The notes beneath the pieces were generated by a model that saw nothing but the letters and a program-made list of their open reading frames with translations, was not told the DNA's origin and made no database searches. Both the position numbers and the translations under genes were made by a program. This document shows positions 58,124 to 64,000 of a stretch of 64,000 bases of DNA, piece by piece. The stretch comes from Candidatus Iainarchaeum sp. (GTDB lineage: Archaea > Iainarchaeota > Iainarchaeia > Iainarchaeales > 1-14-0-10-31-34). The DNA lies in assembly GCA_040755695.1 (NCBI GenBank), contig JBFMAK010000001.1, positions 128,637 through 192,636 of the forward strand, given 5' to 3'. How positions within the stretch are numbered: the first letter of the stretch is position 1; each line of letters starts with the position of its first letter.

Positions 58124-59354
58124 ACTTGTACCTTAAAAAGGCCCCTATGCCCCCAAAGCCTTTCAGGAATTGTTCGCCCTCGCTTGTATCAACTGAAATG
58201 ACCCGTGTTTCTGCGTGGATTGCGTGCGCTTTCTCGATAAGGAAATCAATGTAATCAATTTCCTCCAATAATTCTATTTGAGTTGAGGAACTGCACTTGG
58301 AGCACTTGATTTTGGCTTCATCAAAATTATCCGGATTCTTCACAATAACTTCCTCGAAGGAATTGCATGCAGTGCACTGAATCTTGTACACAATCCATTC
58401 AATTCCCTCAGAGACAAGCAATGTCTTCGCCTTACCTAAATTCAGTGCTTCCTCTACTTCTTGCTGACCATAAGCAACTAGTCCATTCTTCACGATTTCT
58501 TCCAGAAATCTTCCAAGAATTTTTTTCTCTTTTATTATTTCAGTGTCCTTCAATATTTCCTCTGACTTGAAGAATATCTCCCTTATGCCTGATTCATCTG
58601 TGTAGGATGTGTCCACTATTCCTATCACTTTCTGCTTGAGCCTTGAATCTAATGTGCCGACATTCAGGAACTCGTTTTTTGTCATTCCTGGACCCCCAAT
58701 TATTAATCCTTTGAGTTCTTTCTCTGAAGGCAAAAAAGCAGAATTCATTTTCTCGCTCACCCTCTTAAAGAATTCCTGTGCTGCCTCCTCCCTTAATCTT
58801 TCAAAGCGAACGCTGCTCTGCCCCCCAGCACGCGTTTTACCTGCAACGCCTGAAGTGAATCTGCCTAAAATTTCATATCTCTTTCCTTTCAGCAGGGCGA
58901 TTGTTGCCTCTCGCTTGTCTATTACCACCAGACCGTAAATTTCTGAAGGCTTAATCATTTCTTCTAAAGGAGCCAAATGAAATTGATCGTCACACCAATA
59001 CAATTTAGTCTTCAGTTTATCTATTGGCCTTAAAACAAACATTCTGATGTCAGGCCTGCCTTCAACCTCTGAGACATTCCCGCAGAATAAAACAATCCCG
59101 TTTTCTGGAATTTTGAAGTCAATTGACTTAAGGAAGGAATTAATCCTCCTGATTGCTGACTGCACATTCTTTCTTGTGGTAGGGCTTTTAATGTTCGAGG
59201 ACTGGCTTAATTCTTCTGTCAGCTGGCCCATTACAGAGCTCCTGTCGGCTCCGGGGGGAATGTATAAAGTAATCAGTTCAGTGCCTTTCCCCTTGAATTC
59301 CTTTAATTTCTTCAACTTCTTTTTGAATAAGCTTACGTCAGAGTCTTCAACCAT
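58122..59354 (-). CDS. prf1: Peptide chain release factor aRF1
   Basis: GTELITLYIP, NIKS, YWCD, GGQS, Zn ribbon, GFGGIGAFLRY; start at MVED. Confidence 0.96.
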   Translation of the reverse strand: MVEDSDVSLFKKKLKKLKEFKGKGTELITLYIPPGADRSSVMGQLTEELSQSSNIKSPTTRKNVQSAIRRINSFLKSIDFKIPENGIVLFCGNVSEVEGRPDIRMFVLRPIDKLKTKLYWCDDQFHLAPLEEMIKPSEIYGLVVIDKREATIALLKGKRYEILGRFTSGVAGKTRAGGQSSVRFERLREEAAQEFFKRVSEKMNSAFLPSEKELKGLIIGGPGMTKNEFLNVGTLDSRLKQKVIGIVDTSYTDESGIREIFFKSEEILKDTEIIKEKKILGRFLEEIVKNGLVAYGQQEVEEALNLGKAKTLLVSEGIEWIVYKIQCTACNSFEEVIVKNPDNFDEAKIKCSKCSSSTQIELLEEIDYIDFLIEKAHAIHAETRVISVDTSEGEQFLKGFGGIGAFLRYK

Positions 59355-59503
59355 CCAATACCACTCAGAAAAATTAAACCGAAGGCTAAGCTGGAACAGA
59401 ATCAGTTGCATGCAAAATTTTCTGGCACATATTAAGCCTTTTAATCAATTTAATTAATAAAGTTTTTATATTCCTATGCATAAAAATATTTGGAAGTGAT
59501 TTA

Positions 59504-60283
59504 ATGTTCGACATGTTCAAGATGTTCGAGCAGAACGCAGAGAATGCAGGGCAGGGGCAAGACCAGTATCCAGCACAATTAGAGGCAGAAAGAATTTTTG
59601 TTGTCTCAGTTGGAGGCTCCGCACTAATAAAAGACAAAGTGAACTTCAATCTCTTAGCAAAAATTGCTAATTCTATCTCCAACCTCAAAAAAGAAGGCTT
59701 CAAGTTCGCTGCAGTAGTAGGAGGAGGCAAAATAGCAAGAGACTACCTTGCCTCAGCCAAGCTTTTGGGCACAACAAACAATTTCCTTTTGGACGAAATG
59801 GCAATAAATGTCACGAGAATAAATGCTGCAATGCTCATTCACGCATTAGATGAAGCTCACCCTGAAGTTCAGACAAGGATTTACTCCTCAAAAGACATAA
59901 TCAATTCAGGGAAAATTCCTGTTTATGGAGGCCTAATTCCGGGATTCACAACAGACACTGTTGCAGCCCTTCTCTCAGAATTCCTTGAAGGAACCTTTGT
60001 AAACCTCTCAAACCAGGACGGCATTTACACCTCAGACCCAAAGGAAGACTCCAGCGCAAAACTCATTTCGAAAATGAATCATGACAGGCTCCTAAGATTA
60101 ATGTTCAGGACTGACACAAGGCTTCCAGGGGCAAACGTAATCATTGACGCAGTAACCTGCATGATATTAAACAGAAGCAAAATCAAGGCCATGGTATTGA
60201 ACGCAACAGACCCAGAAAACTTCGAGAGCGCCCTCAGAGGCAATGACTTCACAGGCACACTCATAGAAACAAAAGAGGAATGA
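59504..60283 (+). CDS. pyrH: Uridylate kinase (archaeal type)
   Basis: SVGGS, VVGGGKIAR, PGFTTD, DGIYTSDP. Confidence 0.9.
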   Translation: MFDMFKMFEQNAENAGQGQDQYPAQLEAERIFVVSVGGSALIKDKVNFNLLAKIANSISNLKKEGFKFAAVVGGGKIARDYLASAKLLGTTNNFLLDEMAINVTRINAAMLIHALDEAHPEVQTRIYSSKDIINSGKIPVYGGLIPGFTTDTVAALLSEFLEGTFVNLSNQDGIYTSDPKEDSSAKLISKMNHDRLLRLMFRTDTRLPGANVIIDAVTCMILNRSKIKAMVLNATDPENFESALRGNDFTGTLIETKEE

Positions 60284-60433
60284 CTACCAATTAAGGCCTC
60301 TTTTTCTCCTTTCTTCTCCAATCTTTCTGCCCTCAGCTTTTGTTACCCTGTTAGCCCTCCCTATTGCCCTCTTCGCCCTATTCGCTGGCGACATAGGGTC
60401 AATCTTTGAAATAAGTTTCCTAATTTTACTCAT
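60284..60433 (-). CDS. Small basic hypothetical protein (49 aa)
   Basis: aggagg SD upstream of MSKIRK. Confidence 0.5.
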   Translation of the reverse strand: MSKIRKLISKIDPMSPANRAKRAIGRANRVTKAEGRKIGEERRKRGLNW

Positions 60434-60517
60434 TAAAATTCCTCCTAAAAAAATAATGCAGGCAAAGAATTTAAACTGAATCATATTTTAATATAATTAA
60501 CTGGGGGGAATTATGAT

Positions 60518-61330
60518 ATGAAATTCAAAACTATTGCTCATTTAATTAATTTTTGCGTTAAACATCCTAAAGTTGCAGCAACATTAGGAACAGTGTTTGT
60601 TTTAGGGATTGGTTCTCTTGTTGTTCCAAAAAACTTGTTTGCTCAAATTCCTGGCGCTTCCCACACAGTATCTCAAAACATCGGGCCCACAAAAGCAGGG
60701 TTCGAATTCGACACAGAAGGAAGCAAAGTAACCGGAAAAAGAATTGTTTTAGACATTGGAAGCACTGACCCAAAAAGAAAAAAAGGCGTTTTTGAATTAA
60801 AATTAGATGCTTCACCTAATGTAAGCCAAAGGGACCTTTTAACAATGAGGGCAGCCCAACAGATAGTTAACGCAAACAATAATATTTTGAGCTTGGGTTT
60901 TCAGGCTTCAGTAATACCCCAAAAAGGAAAAGAAGCAGGAACAAGATATGGTGCGACATTTGAGTCAGGAAAATTTAAGACATCCCTCCAAGCAGTAAAA
61001 TCAGACCAATTGTTATTAAACCAAGACTTTTGCCCGGCAAAAGAAGCTGAAATCACAATGCATATTGCAACAAAAAAAGGAGAAAAGCCTGTTTATTGAA
61101 TAAGGCTTATAGCAAAACCAACAATCAAGGGATGGTATATTGAGACGGGCCCTTCAATTGTAAGAAACCTCAAAGGAAAAACTACTTCAAAAGGCTGGGA
61201 AGCATTCATTTCAAAAGGAAACATTGGAGTGTTTTCTTCAATTAAAAAAGACAGGGGGGCAAAAAAACCGACAGCATTCATTCAAACGCTTTACAAATTT
61301 CCGGCGAGAAAAACTCCTGCAAGAAAATAA
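60518..61330 (+). pseudogene. Beta-strand-rich exported-looking protein interrupted by an in-frame TGA at 61097-61099
   Basis: The same frame stays open for 76 more codons to TAA 61328-61330, abutting the dph2 stop. Confidence 0.6.
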
Positions 61331-62284
61331 TTATTTCAGCACCTCATTCAATTCGCTTGCATTTATGAAGGCCTTCTTGTACTGCTGGAAGTCTTCTGCA
61401 AGCCTCGGGCAGGCTGTATTAACAAAACAGTCAACTTGAACGCCCTCAAGGAATTCTGCTCTCACCAAATCTAATGCGAGAAGGAAAGCCCTGAATCCTT
61501 TTTCTTCAATTTTCTTTTTTATTTCTTGGGCAAGCTTCTTGTTCGTTTGCCCTTTCTTTGTTGAAATTATTATCCCAAAAGATTTTGCTTTTATTGCCTT
61601 TGCAATTACAGCATACCTCTTCCTCACCCAGAACTCTTTTTCTGTCTCCAGGCTCATGAAATCCAAATTCAATGGATTGAAAGCAAAAACCTTTTTTTGA
61701 GAGGCAAATGCTGTTCCTAAAGCGTGAAAATGCCCGTCGCCAAGAAAAACTATTGCATCACTTTCTTCTTCAATGTCTTTTACGCAGGAGTGATTGCAGC
61801 CCAGCACCTGCCCGTCAGCTGCAATCTGCTCGTTCCCTTTTCCAACAAAAACAATGAATCCTTTTTTCTCCAGCTCAGTTCTTATTTCCTGCATTGCTGG
61901 GATGAACTGGATTGAAGCGCACAATCCTATTTTCCCCAGATTTTTTCCTTTCAAGAGGAAATCCAGTTTTTCAGCGCACTTTACTGCATCAATGTCATAA
62001 TGCAGTGGAACAAAAATTGTCTTCACTTTAGGCTTGAAGAATTTCTCGTGGCCGAAATGAACTATAAGGTCAGCGCCAAGAACTGACGCCTTCTCTTCTG
62101 GAACATCGCAGGCCCCAAAGCACGGGTCCATCAAGGCAATTACTTCAGTCCCTGTTTTTGACTGAATTTCTTCAATCAATTCAGTTGCCCTTGTTTTAAG
62201 GCCTTCCGGGAGCTGGAGTAGAATCCTCTTTGCCTTGGCTTTTTTTATCTCTTTTATTGCTTTATCCAGGTTGAATTGCAGCAT
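61331..62284 (-). CDS. dph2: Diphthamide biosynthesis enzyme Dph2
   Basis: LQLPEGLK, PCFGACD, VHFGH, QVLGC, GDGHFH, KKGQ, NTACPR. Confidence 0.95.
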   Translation of the reverse strand: MLQFNLDKAIKEIKKAKAKRILLQLPEGLKTRATELIEEIQSKTGTEVIALMDPCFGACDVPEEKASVLGADLIVHFGHEKFFKPKVKTIFVPLHYDIDAVKCAEKLDFLLKGKNLGKIGLCASIQFIPAMQEIRTELEKKGFIVFVGKGNEQIAADGQVLGCNHSCVKDIEEESDAIVFLGDGHFHALGTAFASQKKVFAFNPLNLDFMSLETEKEFWVRKRYAVIAKAIKAKSFGIIISTKKGQTNKKLAQEIKKKIEEKGFRAFLLALDLVRAEFLEGVQVDCFVNTACPRLAEDFQQYKKAFINASELNEVLK

Positions 62285-62323
62285 GAGAAATCTTTTGATA
62301 AGAAAAAATTATAAACTTAAAAG

Positions 62324-64000
62324 CTATCTTCCCAGTTTTTTTTCTTCTTCTGCTATTGCAAGCCTTGTTCTTATTACGGTGTCTGGATTTAGAGAAATAG
62401 AGTCAATTCCTTCCTGCACCAGGAATTGCGCGAAATCAGGAAAGTCTGATGGCGCCTGGCCGCATATTCCAATCTTTCTTCCCTTCTTTTTCGCTGAAGC
62501 AATAACCTGTGCAATCAATCTCTTTACTGCGTCATTCCTTTCATTGTAAATATGGGACACAAGCTGTGAGTCCCTGTCTAAGCCCAAAGTCAATTGCGTT
62601 AAATCATTAGAGCCAATGGAGAATCCATCAAATATTCCTGCGAATTCTTCTGCTAAAATTACGTTTGAGGGAATTTCGCACATCACGTAAACCTCAAGGC
62701 CATTCTCTCCCTGCACTAAACCGTTCTTTTTCATTTCCTCTATAACTTTCCTTCCTTCTTCAAGGGTTCTGCAGAATGGAACCATTACCTTTACATTGGT
62801 CAAGCCAATTTCATTCCTTGCCTTTTTTATTGCCTCGCACTCCAACTGGAATCCTTCCCTGTATCTTTCATCGTAATATCTTGAGGCCCCCCTCCAGCCA
62901 ATCATTGGATTGTCTTCTTTTGGCTCAAAGTATTTTCCCCCAATAAGGCCTGCGTATTCATTTGTCTTGAAGTCAGAGAACCTTAAAATTACATCCTTGG
63001 GATGGAATGCTGCGCCAATTAATGCAATCCCTTCAGCCAATTTGTCAATGAAGAACTTCCTTTTATCCTTATAGCCGTGCGTCAGCTCTTCAATTTCTTT
63101 TTTTTCTCTTGCATCAAGCACTCTTTCAGGGTAAAGCAGGGCGAGAGGATGCACTTTAATGTAAGAAGAAATAATGAATTCCTCTCTTGCAAGGCCTACG
63201 CCATCATTTGGAATAAGGCTTTCATCAAAGGCTTGGTCCGGATTGCCTACATTCATCATTATCTTTGTTTTTGTTGAAGGAAGTTCACTCAAATTGATTT
63301 TTTTGACTTCAAATTCAAGCATTCCATCATAAACAGAGCCTTCACTTCCCTGCGAGCAGTCAACCGTAACTGCCTGGCCTGTCTTTATTATTTCGCTTCC
63401 ATTCCCTGTTCCAACAATGCACGGAATTCCCAGTTCTCTGCTCACGATCGCGCTATGGCAATTATTAACAATCACTGGTGTCATTCTTTCGGTGAAAACA
63501 AAATAATTGTGATTATCTTCAATCGTGATATTATATACGTCCTGGATTCCTAATTCCCTTTCTGGTGAAATTCTTAGCATTCTGAGGCTGGAATTTAAAA
63601 TTTTTTCTAATTCTTTTTGTTCTCCTAAGGAAAGCATTTTTTTATATGAATCCAATTCTTTGTCTGAAATTAAAAGATTTTTATTAAACCTGACTTTGGC
63701 ATGCCCCGAATAGTTTACTTTTTCTAAGACTTCTTTTAATAATTGTTTTGCAGAAAAAAATCTTGTTCCCTGTCTTTTCCTTAAAGGATGCCCCTTTACC
63801 CGTTTGGTGTATAAAAATATTTTGTTTAATCCTTCCACCAACTGGATATTATAAATATTCCTGTTGGTTGAAACCTGCGGAAATGACTCAATTTTAAGGC
63901 AAGCTATAATTATTGCTTCAAGCAATTCTTTTTCTGAACAATAAATGTTCACTTTGTTTTTTTCTCTTGAGTATGAGCCATCGCCATCAATTACCCCAGC
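62324..64000 (-). CDS. ppsA: Phosphoenolpyruvate synthase, 3' part, intein-containing; truncated by window edge
   Basis: CHSAIVSRELGIP phospho-His domain, DGVGLAREEF, RFSDFKTNEY, NPMIGWRG, FSIGSNDLTQ, GICGQ. Confidence 0.95.
   Translation of the reverse strand, partial: AGVIDGDGSYSREKNKVNIYCSEKELLEAIIIACLKIESFPQVSTNRNIYNIQLVEGLNKIFLYTKRVKGHPLRKRQGTRFFSAKQLLKEVLEKVNYSGHAKVRFNKNLLISDKELDSYKKMLSLGEQKELEKILNSSLRMLRISPERELGIQDVYNITIEDNHNYFVFTERMTPVIVNNCHSAIVSRELGIPCIVGTGNGSEIIKTGQAVTVDCSQGSEGSVYDGMLEFEVKKINLSELPSTKTKIMMNVGNPDQAFDESLIPNDGVGLAREEFIISSYIKVHPLALLYPERVLDAREKKEIEELTHGYKDKRKFFIDKLAEGIALIGAAFHPKDVILRFSDFKTNEYAGLIGGKYFEPKEDNPMIGWRGASRYYDERYREGFQLECEAIKKARNEIGLTNVKVMVPFCRTLEEGRKVIEEMKKNGLVQGENGLEVYVMCEIPSNVILAEEFAGIFDGFSIGSNDLTQLTLGLDRDSQLVSHIYNERNDAVKRLIAQVIASAKKKGRKIGICGQAPSDFPDFAQFLVQEGIDSISLNPDTVIRTRLAIAEEEKKLGR
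63461..64000 (-). mobile_element. C-terminal part of a LAGLIDADG intein in ppsA
   Basis: AGVIDGDG at the window edge; VYNITIEDNHNYFV...VIVNN followed by Cys directly before the phospho-His. Confidence 0.88.

Overview
Gene-dense, AT-rich archaeal chromosome segment. The gene set (Cdc6/Orc1, RFC-L, two PCNAs, PriS/PriL, GINS, Csl4, RpoL, aIF2-alpha, aRF1, Dph2, S-layer protein, membrane LonB) and the many short K/R-rich orphans suggest a DPANN archaeon, possibly Diapherotrites-like (inference). The standout is the lonB locus (22726-29155). The protease is encoded in three separate ORFs carrying one cis intein and two apparently naturally split inteins. The in-silico spliced product is about 645 aa (57+154+70+364). 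Between the halves of the first split intein sits a cargo gene of the zinc-dependent phospholipase C / P1-nuclease-like family plus a tiny hydrophobic ORF, rather than a homing endonuclease. Other notable items: a free-standing LAGLIDADG gene next to an apparently recoded 5' end of ychF, an intein in ppsA, several toxin-antitoxin modules (one convergent and overlapping), a dispersed TTTCAA...TTGAAA palindrome family, a large FN3/Ig/dockerin surface protein, and a beta-rich ORF interrupted by an in-frame TGA. No rRNA, tRNA or CRISPR array was recognised. All annotations come from motif recognition by eye; no searches were run.
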